NCBI GenBank assembly: GCA_030167865.1
Contig: JALAGF010003296.1
Location: forward strand, 124,001-144,660
DNA: 20,660 bases
Direction of reading: 5' to 3'
Origin: Craspedostauros australis
Taxonomy: Eukaryota
The notes below the pieces were generated by a model that ran no database searches, was not told the DNA's origin, and worked only from the letters and a program-made list of their open reading frames with translations. Each line of letters starts with the position of its first letter. Positions within the stretch are counted from its first letter, which is position 1. The translations under genes were made by a program, and so were the position numbers. Positions 1 through 10,075 of this stretch are shown here, piece by piece.

Positions 1-3000
1 CGATGTCTCTCGGAGATGATGTTAGGATATTGCAGGCAATCAGGTAGTCAATGCAGCTGTCGATGCCTTTCGTTCCACCCAGGTCGAATGCGATCCTAAG
101 ATTTTCGGAGTAGTCCCGTCGTCGGACAGAGCTGTCCATCGGACTGACGTCCCATCCCCTGCCGTCTCGTCCTTCGTCTTTCTTTGCTGCGTTGGCGGAG
201 TGATCATCACCGTCGTTCTCGTCATCGCCTGTGGAGGCATTGTCAATCGTGTCGCGAAAGTGCTGGCGTTCTTCTGTGATGGCATGATCCCAGTATTGAA
301 GGATGGATTTTCCGTTCAGCCTGCCACCACCGTCCATCGTGGGAGTTGATGAACCATCGAAGTCGTCAGGGAGAACACGGGAGATATTCGCATCGTCCAT
401 ACATCCATCCCCTTCCGCCCAGTCCTTCATCAAGGCTTCGAATGCAGGGCCACAATACGTGATGGCCGCATCCAGAACGACGCTCATGATGTGCTCGAGG
501 AGCGTCAGTCCTGACTCCCTGAGACGTTTCGACTTCTCCAGCAGTTGCACATCACCTTCGATGGCTTCGGCCTTGTCGTCCTGGACCGACGTCATGGCCT
601 GACTTTGACGGATTTGGTTACCGATGAACTCACCGCAGTACTCGATGACGTTGCAAACATTCGAGCACAGCTTCTGGAAGATGTTCCACTGGATGCTGGA
701 ACTCAGATCCTGCGGACGGGTGGTCTTGGGAACGAAGTTGTCAAAATTGATGCAAAGCGCGGACAGGTCGTCTTGCGAATTCAGAAGCCATCGTTCCATC
801 TCCGCCATGGCGTCGATCTGTTGCTCCATCACATACCGTCGTTTGCCGATCGATTGGTTCGGGCTGTTGCGAAAAGTGAAACCGATTTGCAATGGTTTGT
901 TGAGGAAATGATCAAACATGAGACCAATTTCCAATTTCATGTTTGATCGGAAGGTCTCTTCGTCCCAAAGCACACCGCATATCTGCAGGATACGTCTGTT
1001 GACTCGGGAGTCGCTCATCGCCTCCCTCGTGTTGGATACGAGACAAGGCACCACCAATCGGCGGATGCAATATACGAATGTGTCGCACGCCTTCCTCATG
1101 CCCTCCGTTGACGACGGAAGTTCGGCAATCACCTTGCGCCAGCATGTCAAGAAGTGGTGAATCAGCTCCAATCCGAGGAGCTTGCTGGCGATGTCACGGG
1201 ATGTGGATTCGGATGACTTCACCTTCCGAATCCTGGATGATGAGATCTTGACCAGATTCGCGAGCATAGCAAAGCACAGGGAAAACAACCCCATGGTGCT
1301 GCTGCGCTGAGTGATTTCATGTGTGTCGATGTTGGTGCCGTTGGCATCATGATCGATGCTGCGCTCCATTCCGGAGGGCTTCATCTCTCCATCACCAAAC
1401 AAGCCTTCGCCGCACATGTGCATCATGTCGAACCAGAACAGTTCGCTCCCACCCGATCGGTGGATCTGATGGATCGCCAATTGGGTATAGTTTGCCAAAT
1501 CCACCCTGTTGGTCGCATCGTCCACAACACCGCGCAGGAGATCATCCACAAACGAGTTGAAGGCTTCAGGTTCGCAAGTGGGCGTGGTCTCTTCTTGCTT
1601 GCTTGATGCTGCATCACACCTAGACTTCTGCTCCAGCTTCATGGTGTGGACCAATCTTGCGATTGTCATGGTCACGACCTCTTTGAGACAAAGGACGGCC
1701 ATCTGAGGTGCTCCGCCAGGAAGGTATCTGAGAGTCGGCGATCTGGGATCGGTGAGCATGTACTCGTCAACACCATCACGTCCCCCCCAAACCGGGTTGG
1801 TGCCGCTGGTTGGAGTCGTCGCGCCGAAGTAGAAAACGAACAAGTTGAACCGTAGGATGTAACCTGTCGTGCGTGGGCTGAGGATCGACAGTGACATGCT
1901 CGTTGCATCTTCCACGAAATCGACGCACGTTTGAAGCTGCATTTCCTGCGCGCCGGTGGTGGCGACATCACACACCACCTGAATGGCCAGATCCAGCATG
2001 TTCATTTCGGTATCAACTCCGCCACCCGCTTTCAGCCGACCACTGGATGTTGTGGCGAGGCACTCGTCGAAGAAACCATTCTTGAGCAACTCATGCAATC
2101 CTTCCACCGCAAGGAGTGCCGAACCCCCGTGACGCGTGTACGCAGATGTCAGGATCGGTGCCAGCAGTGCCACCTTGGACTGGAAGATACCAAGACTGCG
2201 TGGATCTGTGCTGCATGGTTGCACAGTGGGGATGAAGCTCATGACATCCAAGCAGCGGCGAAAGTGGTGCTCGCTCTTGGCCACAAACGTCATTCTGGGG
2301 TCCGAACCCAATGAGATAGTGGTCCCCGTCAGCGAGGTGTCCACGGAGTTGAGGTCATCGTTGATTGCAAACGAGATCAAACCCGTGGATGCGACGGAAG
2401 GAGAAAGGGTGATCAACGAGGGTGCCAGAGATTGTCCGTCGTCGGTCAACATCAACGATGCGCTGTCGTGGCCCGTGTTTGACGAGTGATCGGTGTCGGT
2501 CGCGCCACCATGTGTTCCAGCGGGGGTGCCGAGTCCATGGATCATCAACAGCGACGATGTGAGCGCCTTGGATGGGTCGTCGGTGGCGGACTTGGGGCTT
2601 TCGTTCGATGATGACGAATATGTGAGCGGTGCCTGTCCTCCATACGGCAAGCTTGCGATGGATTCGTACGTCTTGCGACGAGAGGCCACGATGAGGGCGA
2701 TGCGGTTGCTCATGGAGCTGGGGCTGAGGAGGGCATGCGTTGATCGATCCAGAATGTGGAACCGCCCAACGTCGCTTTGCACTGTCGTTGCTCCCGTGCA
2801 GTAGTAGGAAGTGAGCCGTCGCGCGTTGCCGCTGGATCCGACGGAGAGCACCAACGGAAGCGGTCGGAGCGATTCCAGATTTGCCAGACGCTGGCGGTAC
2901 GCGATGAAGGTGGTGAAGCCTGTTGGGTGGACATTGGCGACGTGGTTGCGCGGCGATCGTTCCAGCGCTGTGAAGCCTTGGGGAATGAAATCCTGTCGTG

Positions 3001-4273
3001 CCGGGCAAAGCGGAACGATGGCCGTGATCGGGTTGCCTTCCCGAGATCTGCGAAAGCAAAGATGAACGGGTTCGTTGCCTCCTAGGTTCAGGTTTCCAGC
3101 TTCGCCCGGGGAGGCTTCGGTTGGGATGCTGAAGTGTCGTTTCGCGATGGTAAAGCCCGGCGGAACGAATTCATTTCGATGCGGGAAGACAATTGCGAGG
3201 GCGGTGACGCATGGGCGTTGGGCAGCACGGTCCCAGCTCTTTTCCTTCTTGACGAAGAGCGAGACGGGGGACTTTGCTGACTTACCGAAATGAACGTCGT
3301 GACCGCCACTGGTTTGGGAGATGCGGAAGTAGCCCTTGGGAGGTGGATCATTGCCGTACGTGAGTACGATGTCTGTGATGGCTCCAGACGCAACATCAGC
3401 AGTTGCCTCCTCAATAGTTCGCACTCTGGCTGACGTCTGCTGTGGGTGCCTTCGATTCAATCGCATGCGAGCTCCCGATCCCTGCGCATTCGACAGCACC
3501 TTCTCATCTTTGGTGACAGGCGCAAGCGCTGTCGACGACAAGTACCTCGCGTACTCCGATCCGAACATCTCCAGCCTTGTGTGATTCTCCTTCGCATGGC
3601 GATGCTTCGGAGAATTTCCTTGCGATTTCCTCATCCACCTCTTCTGCTTGTCTCCTTGCTGACCAGCCTTGTTCTTCGATTTTCCGTGAGGCGTCGTGGA
3701 CCGACCCTCGACCCGAGCAAAGGCGTCGACGTGCTTGGGAGATTCGTCCACTGGAACTCCCAACGTCTCCAACGTGCGAGTGCAAAGCGCCGCAAGCGAG
3801 ACGCTCCCGAGCTGCTGCTCTCCGGGATTTCCGCTGCGCATCATGTTGTGTGCCATCCAGAGATCCGACGGATCGTTGCTGGAGATGGAGACCATTTCGT
3901 CTAGCGGTGACGGCCGGATGTTGCGTGTGCTTCCCATCATCTGGTTCATCTCCGAGTGTCGATCGCCGAAAGGAGCGCATTTCGTTGCCTTCGATCGCTG
4001 CCCTGTAGTGTTCTTCGTAGATCCTTTGGCGGATGGACTTGGCTGGGCTTCATTCCCAGGAGGTGAGTCCTTCAATGAGATCTGATTGAGAAGGTCCTGC
4101 ACGAGCTTGCATGCAGCATCCATGCCCTTGTCTTCCACTCGGGCTGATCGTTGCTCTGCTTCTGCTGCTGCGGGCGGATCCAGGTCCGTACTCAAGGTGC
4201 TGGTTTCTGGCATTGGCTCCATCGCAAGCGTCATTGGAGGATGATGCTGATTGTGACCTTGAGCATGCGACAT
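1..4273 (-). CDS. Large ARF guanine-nucleotide exchange factor, BIG/Sec7-like (MABP + DCB + HUS + start of Sec7 domain); 3'-partial, continues beyond the left edge of the window
   Basis: Manual translation from ATG at 4273 (MSHAQGHNQHHPPM...) gives 1424 codons with no stop down to position 2. The ORF track lacks it because the stop lies outside the window. Motifs: DCB-like LLAPILTSAYTRHGGSALLAVEGLHELLKNGFF and MLDLAIQVVCDV...EMQLQ; HUS-like SKLLGLELIHHFL, FVYCIRRLVVPCLVSN, FRSNMKLEIGLMF, LCINFD...NIFQKLC, RLRESGLTLLEHIM; Sec7 first helices KGIDSCIDYLIACNILTSSPRDI at the window edge. Confidence 0.88.
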   Translation of the reverse strand, partial: MSHAQGHNQHHPPMTLAMEPMPETSTLSTDLDPPAAAEAEQRSARVEDKGMDAACKLVQDLLNQISLKDSPPGNEAQPSPSAKGSTKNTTGQRSKATKCAPFGDRHSEMNQMMGSTRNIRPSPLDEMVSISSNDPSDLWMAHNMMRSGNPGEQQLGSVSLAALCTRTLETLGVPVDESPKHVDAFARVEGRSTTPHGKSKNKAGQQGDKQKRWMRKSQGNSPKHRHAKENHTRLEMFGSEYARYLSSTALAPVTKDEKVLSNAQGSGARMRLNRRHPQQTSARVRTIEEATADVASGAITDIVLTYGNDPPPKGYFRISQTSGGHDVHFGKSAKSPVSLFVKKEKSWDRAAQRPCVTALAIVFPHRNEFVPPGFTIAKRHFSIPTEASPGEAGNLNLGGNEPVHLCFRRSREGNPITAIVPLCPARQDFIPQGFTALERSPRNHVANVHPTGFTTFIAYRQRLANLESLRPLPLVLSVGSSGNARRLTSYYCTGATTVQSDVGRFHILDRSTHALLSPSSMSNRIALIVASRRKTYESIASLPYGGQAPLTYSSSSNESPKSATDDPSKALTSSLLMIHGLGTPAGTHGGATDTDHSSNTGHDSASLMLTDDGQSLAPSLITLSPSVASTGLISFAINDDLNSVDTSLTGTTISLGSDPRMTFVAKSEHHFRRCLDVMSFIPTVQPCSTDPRSLGIFQSKVALLAPILTSAYTRHGGSALLAVEGLHELLKNGFFDECLATTSSGRLKAGGGVDTEMNMLDLAIQVVCDVATTGAQEMQLQTCVDFVEDATSMSLSILSPRTTGYILRFNLFVFYFGATTPTSGTNPVWGGRDGVDEYMLTDPRSPTLRYLPGGAPQMAVLCLKEVVTMTIARLVHTMKLEQKSRCDAASSKQEETTPTCEPEAFNSFVDDLLRGVVDDATNRVDLANYTQLAIHQIHRSGGSELFWFDMMHMCGEGLFGDGEMKPSGMERSIDHDANGTNIDTHEITQRSSTMGLFSLCFAMLANLVKISSSRIRKVKSSESTSRDIASKLLGLELIHHFLTCWRKVIAELPSSTEGMRKACDTFVYCIRRLVVPCLVSNTREAMSDSRVNRRILQICGVLWDEETFRSNMKLEIGLMFDHFLNKPLQIGFTFRNSPNQSIGKRRYVMEQQIDAMAEMERWLLNSQDDLSALCINFDNFVPKTTRPQDLSSSIQWNIFQKLCSNVCNVIEYCGEFIGNQIRQSQAMTSVQDDKAEAIEGDVQLLEKSKRLRESGLTLLEHIMSVVLDAAITYCGPAFEALMKDWAEGDGCMDDANISRVLPDDFDGSSTPTMDGGGRLNGKSILQYWDHAITEERQHFRDTIDNASTGDDENDGDDHSANAAKKDEGRDGRGWDVSPMDSSVRRRDYSENLRIAFDLGGTKGIDSCIDYLIACNILTSSPRDI
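2888..3382 (-). other. MABP (MVB12-associated beta-prism) domain coding segment within the ARF-GEF
   Basis: Three internal repeats with the MABP pattern (IT.I.V....E.PP.GF..I......NLN.G.....LC.RR): AITDIVLTYGNDPPPKGYFRISQT...SLFVKKE; CVTALAIVFPHRNEFVPPGFTIAKRH...GNLNLGGNEPVHLCFRRS; NPITAIVPLCPARQDFIPQGFTALERSPRNHVANVH...TFIAYRQR. Confidence 0.8.
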
Positions 4274-5280
4274 GATGTCTGAATCGATGTCTGAATGGCT
4301 GGGTAAGTGGGAAAGTGGACCTCTCCGTCCGTCGTTGTATTGGTCAAGCAGGTATGTTGGTACTTGTGCAGATACTTGAAAATATAATCGGAGTGAAAGG
4401 GATATCAACGGTGATAGATCCAAAGCACTGATAGGTGGGCTTGGCAGTTGATCCTGTGGATGATGTCTCGCCCCACAGAAAAAAAGCGCCACAAGAAGAA
4501 TGCAAACCGCGTTAGTCGCTATGATGTTGACGATTATGCATCCTCATGGAATGGTACAGATGTCCTGCTCTGCGCCTCCGATCAGCGCCTCACAATTTGG
4601 CTACAGTTTTGTGCAGTGATGTTGTCACGTGTGTGTGTTTGCCGTGCTTGCAACTCCTTCGCACTTTGGCAAGAAATCGTTGTCGTCCATGTATGCTTTA
4701 CTTCATAAATGTATAATTTTGAATCATCATCTTTGCTAGACCGTTAAGTCGCCGCAGTTTGAAGTTGGGTAAACGAAATGTCTCAGAGAATTTGCGTCAC
4801 TTTTTGCCCTCACGACTGTACCACCAATTCCGCCGAAACAACCGCCCATGGTGGTGGTGTGTCCAGGTTTCTCAACCACATGGAGAGGCTTGGGCGACAA
4901 GAGAGCACTCCGAGCCACGCGGACAGGCAGCCCAAATACTCCAGCACGAGCGAGAGCAAGTACTCCATGATATAATGCTATACTTATGATGGTATTCAAA
5001 CCGTGGAGGAGGAGTGGAGGAATTGCATCCCCAACTACTCCAGGGACATCACAGTTCTCTCCTCTCTTCTGTTCCACTCTGCTCATATCTCCTTCAGAAT
5101 TCATTTGCGTGGTGTGGCACAGTGTATGTTGTATGTGCCTATGCTTCCCTCCTCAGCTAAAGTATGTGTAGGCAGTAGCTCGTACGCATACTGTTGCAAG
5201 TGCGGTACGACTACAGGCACAAGCGCAACCATCCGCACCGTTCTGGCTTACGAGTATGGAAAAGAGAAAGTTCGTTGAGG

Positions 5281-8200
5281 TCATCGCAAAGTCGTTCTTA
5301 ATTCACTTTGTGCTTGCTTGTTCGTCGCTTCTTCGCGGACACTGTAGCCACCGCTGCGCATGATGGCTTCTGCTGCCGCCTTCGAGAGGAACGGACGATT
5401 CAGCTGGGAATAGGCGTTTGCATCCTCTCGTGTGAGGCTCGGTCGTGTCATGCCCACAGCGGCGATGAGCTGCTTTCTTGAGATCTCAACCCGCTCAATT
5501 GACGACGCATTCCCCGCTGATTCGAGCATCGTGTTTAGGGCGTTGACATGCGCGAGACGAAAGGCGTTCCTCACATCAGCAGCGGAGAGGTGGAAGAAGT
5601 GCGGAACCGATGACGACAGCTCGCTGCAAACAGAAGAATCTTCGAGACCGTTCTTGAGGTCGGTGGCGAGCTGCCAACTTTGCGAGATCGCCACGTACAA
5701 TTCGCACCATTCCGAGAGACTCGCGGGTAACCCCACGTACAGATGCTTCTCCAACCGGCCTGGTCGCAAAAGGGCGGGGTCGATCTTATCCGGTCGGGAC
5801 GATGTTGCGATGATGTACACCTGCTGCTTGCCAGAGGCCGTTGCTGCATCTTCGACGCCATCCAGGAAGGTGAGAAGCTGGTTCACGACACGATCAGTCA
5901 CCCCTGTATGGTCCGATCCTCTGTGGGGAGCGATGGAGTCGAACTCATCGAAGAAAAGGATCGACGGGGCGACGGATGCTGCGCGCTCGAAGAGCTCCCG
6001 AATCCTAGCTTCGGAGGCTCCGATGTACTTGTCCAGTACTTCTGGGCCACGTGAAATGATTAACGGCAAGCTGCAGTGCTTGGCCAATGCCGGCACCAAG
6101 TAGGATTTACCGCAGCCGGGGGGTCCGTACAGAAGGATCCCTCGCGGCAGGCGGACCGGAACCTGTTCGTAGATGAGACGATACTTGATGGGGTTCATCA
6201 CCGTCTCGATCAGCGACTTCCTCACATCGTGCAATCCGCCGATGTCTTTCCACGTATGCGATGTGGTGAATTCATCTGCATCCAGCGCGAGATGTGACAA
6301 TGGCATGTATTGCTTGAGGACGGATGTCAACGTCGTGATCAGGGCAGGCTTTTTCTGAGCTCTCATTTCATATTCCACTCTCGTGGCAACGTTGCGGAGG
6401 TCCATGCAACGATAGCCGTCCATCATCATTGCAAGATCAGTTGCGTCCACACCGTTCCATTCGGCAGGGCTCACGAAATGACTTGACATATGACGAAGTA
6501 GCTGCAGGCGTTGTGCGTGCGTTAGACTGGGCAGGGGCCAAGCTGAGAACATCGGACCAAGGGAGGATTGAATGGTACCGTTCACACCATCGCTCTTTGA
6601 ACAGGTGATGAGCAGAGATACGTGCGATGTTCCATTGGACGGAGATGTTTCGCTTTCTCCAGGCCCGCGCGGAGAACGACGATTGGCGCTTCGGACGAGG
6701 TCGACCAGATGATCTGCGATGAGATTGGACTGCGCGATCTCTTGTGGGTTGACCTGCTGCGTCCGCCCGATGGAATCAGCAGCAGCATTCTCACCGGATG
6801 CGTGATGTGGTGCGAGACAATCCAAATCGTCAAGACAGATGATGCACGGACCACTGGTTTTTGCCTGTTCCACGATCTGTCGAAACTCCTCCAGGATGTC
6901 GGCCATGGTGACATTGATGGAACCATGCAGCCTTTTGCAGTCGAGATAGATGGTGGAGCGCTGATGTTTTGACCTGGCGAGAGCCGCAATGAGTAGCGCG
7001 TAGGTTGTTTTTCCGCTGCCATTGGGACCGTGAATGATGGTGACATCGTCTCGTTGCCGGATGACGGAATATCCCCAATCAAAGGCTTCCTGCGTGAGAA
7101 TGAAATCTGGTTGGAGATCCTCGAAGCTATTCATCGTCCCCGTTGCGGTGATTTCAGCAGCCGTGGATCTTGCGCTGGGCAGAACGGTACTTGCGATGCA
7201 CTGTTCTGCCAGGTCTTTGATTTCGCGCGTGGTTGCCATGATGAGGTCAGGGTTGGAGGTGTCGGCGTCTTTGTCGTTTGTACAACGGAAGTAGTGGCAG
7301 GCTCCGGATACGTGGATCGGGATGATGCATTGCAGTGGGATCATTTCTTCGTGAGTATCAGGAGGGGCATCGCTGCTCTCCGTGTCAGTGTCCACGGCAG
7401 CTGCGGGGGTTTGGAGGGTCCTTGGTGCCGCTGTTGGGACAGCCGGTTGAAAGTAGGACTTGCGATTTGTGCCGTTGATGTCGGCATGGGAAGTACTCGC
7501 AGCAGTGGTGCCAGCTGAAGGCGGCACTCTTTCTAGCGTGACCTCATCGATAGTGCGAAGCAGGATCGAGCTTGCCGAAACGATCTTTATCTGGATCGTG
7601 TCGTAAAACTGCCGCAGGCCGAGATCGGTGCGCAACATCTGGCATAAAACTGAGAGGAGGGAAGGAAGGCGCGAGTTAAAGTTGAGCAAGAGTTGAGAGA
7701 ACGTAGAGAAAGAACAATGGGAGTATGACGGAGTATCGCAGAGAGGTGAGAAGCATATTGGACGTTAGGTTTGAGACAGTCATTCTTGGCTGGCCGTGGT
7801 TGGCTGTCGCAGGTTCATTCTCATAATCAATTGGAGGTTTTGCTCGTCATGCCTGTTCCTGTGAAAAACAGTCAGATTTAGCATGGTTTCTTAAATCCTT
7901 GAATGAACGCTCGACCAGTCTGCTTGGATTGCACGCCATGTTAAACATTGTATGCGTTTGCTGCTGCTGTTTGTCAATGCTTACCTGCATGGCCACGGGG
8001 GACTTTCGAAGAGTACTGCACACGAACAAGCCTGACTTGCTGCTGCTCGGACTTTGGGTCCTTACCCGAATCGTTTTGCTGGGTAGCAGATTGCCTTGAT
8101 TTAGAAATGTGCGCCCAGGTGATGGGAAGAGGAGGAGCGCAATCGTTGTCGTCCTTGTTGTCCTTGATATTGTCGCAGTGATGATCGACCTCGGCATGGA

Positions 8201-9526
8201 CGGATTGGGGAAGCACGACTGTGTACGGCGGTGGGCGCAGCTGCTCAAGGCTTGAGTCAAAATCAGAAAAATCGATATCTTCCCCTCGTGCAGGCAAGAT
8301 ACGGAGGTTGGTCATATCAGCAGATGCGATGCCACCATGAAGATCGTCGTCGTCGTCATAATCATCTTGCTTAGGTGCAACGATGACCTCCGTGTCTTGC
8401 ACTAGCAACGCACAGAGCGGGTCGACGTGGTTGGACGGCCATGCATCATCGGCATCTCGTGGTGTTATGGACACGCCGGTGGTGATGAACTGCGCTGTGG
8501 AATACTTGGAGGTGGATATTTGCAGCAGCTGACCTCTTGAAATCAGGCTGATTTGGCTGAGGAGAGCGCCACCCTCCAAAGCACTTGCGTTCGTCTGCAC
8601 CAGGTGCCAATCCTTGGCCGTGCGCGGTTCCAGAGTCACCCTCACGGCATGTGAGAGATTCCGCAGCACACGGATGGACGCAGTTGTTGCCACGGGAGGT
8701 CGGAGCGCAGGAAGTAGGCTTCGCGGCATCTCCATGACATCGGTGACTGTGTGTGGAAGGGGCAGGTGCGAAGGTGGGTGAGTTGGCGCCACGTGTCTAT
8801 ACGAGTCCCATGCTCGAACATATAATATTACATATCCGAATGCTCGAAATGCATGTGGCATCGTGTGAACACTGAATGTCCGTACGTCCAGGACATGGTC
8901 TGGGATTGCATTGGGCTGAAGATTGTGGATCTCGCAAGAAGGAGAGGACCTCAGAAGGAAGGCAGCAGTGTATGTTTTCTCAACATTATGTGTTCTGCGG
9001 TAGTGACATTTATCACTGATTCTATCATTGGCCAAGTCCACCATCTCTGCTGGCAGTAGCTCGGATACGTGCAATTGAATGAATGGATGCAAGCTGCGCT
9101 CTGCATATAATACAAATAGCGCGGCAAACAGCAGATCGGCTTCAAAAACGTACCCGTTTGGCCCATCCGGTCCGTCCGAGCTGATTGCTGGCATGCGGCT
9201 GGTGCATGATCCGAGAGCAACCCCCCATTGAACGAGACATGCAAGATCTCGGTCTCGCCACCGTCGACGCGGAGCATCACCGCGATGGGAAGGAACTCTA
9301 TGCAGTCCACATCCGGGATGCAGGGCGGAAGCTCCCAGTGGCTTGCGGCACCATGATTCCTGCCGGCAGACGGGCTTGCAGGGCCACTACTGTCGGCTTG
9401 CGCTTCTTGCAAGGTGCTCTGAAGCAACTTCGCGATGGTGCTTGGCGCCAACCGAACGAAGAGGTTGCTGCAGTCATCTCGGATCCTCACTCTGACTTGG
9501 ATTGTGGGCCCTGACTGCAATGCCAT
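5281..9526 (-). CDS. PEX1: Peroxisome biogenesis AAA ATPase PEX1; predicted exons 9526-9154, 8746-7985, 7649-5281 (~1167 aa)
   Basis: The D2 AAA domain has GILLYGPPGCGKS and LFFDEFDSIAPHRGSDHTGVTDRVVNQLLTFLDGVE (PEX1 signature) plus SSRPDKIDPALLRPGRL. The degenerate D1 has HGPNGSGKT and CLDDLD. The N-domain has VTLEPRTAKDWHLVQTNASALEGGALLSQI. Three ORF-track pieces join in frame through two phase-1 GT-AG introns. Confidence 0.93.
7650..7984 (-). other. PEX1 intron 2 (335 nt, phase 1)
   Basis: Donor GCAG|GTAAGC and pyrimidine-rich acceptor CCTTCCTTCCCTCCTCTCAG|TT. The spliced product reads VPRGHAVLCQMLRTDLGL. Confidence 0.85.
8747..9153 (-). other. PEX1 intron 1 (407 nt, phase 1)
   Basis: Donor ACGG|GTACGT, acceptor CCTTCCACACACAG|TC, and a CTCAC branch-like motif upstream of the acceptor. 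Splicing joins G+TC=Val and keeps the frame. Confidence 0.75.
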
Positions 9527-9572
9527 CGCTGGAGAGGCGATTCACGTGTTGCTCGCGGGCATCGATCTGGCA

Positions 9573-9595
9573 GATGGATGGATGGATGGATGGAT
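9573..9595. repeat. (GATG)5 tetranucleotide microsatellite ~50 bp upstream of the PEX1 ATG
   Basis: gatggatggatggatggatggat. Confidence 0.9.
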
Positions 9596-10075
9596 ACGTG
9601 TACTCGTTGCCGCGCTCTTGCTAATTGATGGCTGGTGCGACGATTTGGCGGATGGATCTTTTGTGTTGGGATGGTGTCATCTTGAATTTGTGTTGGAGGT
9701 TTGCGCAGTTATTTTTAGTGGCCACAACAGCAACGCCGACAGCGGCAAGACTGCGAACATCTCTTCTCTCGTCACGCCGCATCCGCCACATACTATCTGT
9801 TTCGGTCTAGAGAGATGGGGCATCGACGTATTTGGATGGTACAAATGCTACTACTACTGTATCATCCCGCACTTCGCGCTGTTCCATCAATCACTTGTAT
9901 TATTCCATACCTACCAGAGCACGTACTCGCACGTTGAACATCGGCTAGTCGCATCAATGTGTATCGCAGAGCAGCGCCACGGGAGCACCACTCCATATCA
10001 ACACTGCAATGTCGGAACACTGCAATCATCATTGCCATGGCAGAATGCTTGACTCGAAGAGAACTTTAGGAAAGA

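Noticed and set aside
40..4085. Many short ORF-track entries on both strands
   Set aside because: They are shadow or antisense frames of the single long minus-strand ARF-GEF frame.
4274..4297. 12-bp duplication gatgtctgaat(c/g) directly upstream of the GEF ATG
   Set aside because: There are only two copies, which is likely replication slippage, and there is no evidence of function or of a flanking insertion.
4736..5278. ORFs of 61-122 aa between PEX1 and the ARF-GEF
   Set aside because: They have no recognisable motifs, and the region fits a PEX1 3' UTR or intergenic spacer. A small orphan gene cannot be fully excluded.
6820..7040. PEX1 D1 Walker B reads DD rather than DE
   Set aside because: A degenerate D1 domain is normal for PEX1/PEX6.
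5281..9526. Three separate or frameshifted ORFs suggesting a pseudogene or three genes
   Set aside because: Canonical GT-AG introns of matching phase join them into one intact PEX1.
9435..10052. 205-aa plus-strand ORF
   Set aside because: It spans the GATG microsatellite, the PEX1 5' region and the TUTase 3' UTR in antisense, and shows no protein-like motifs.
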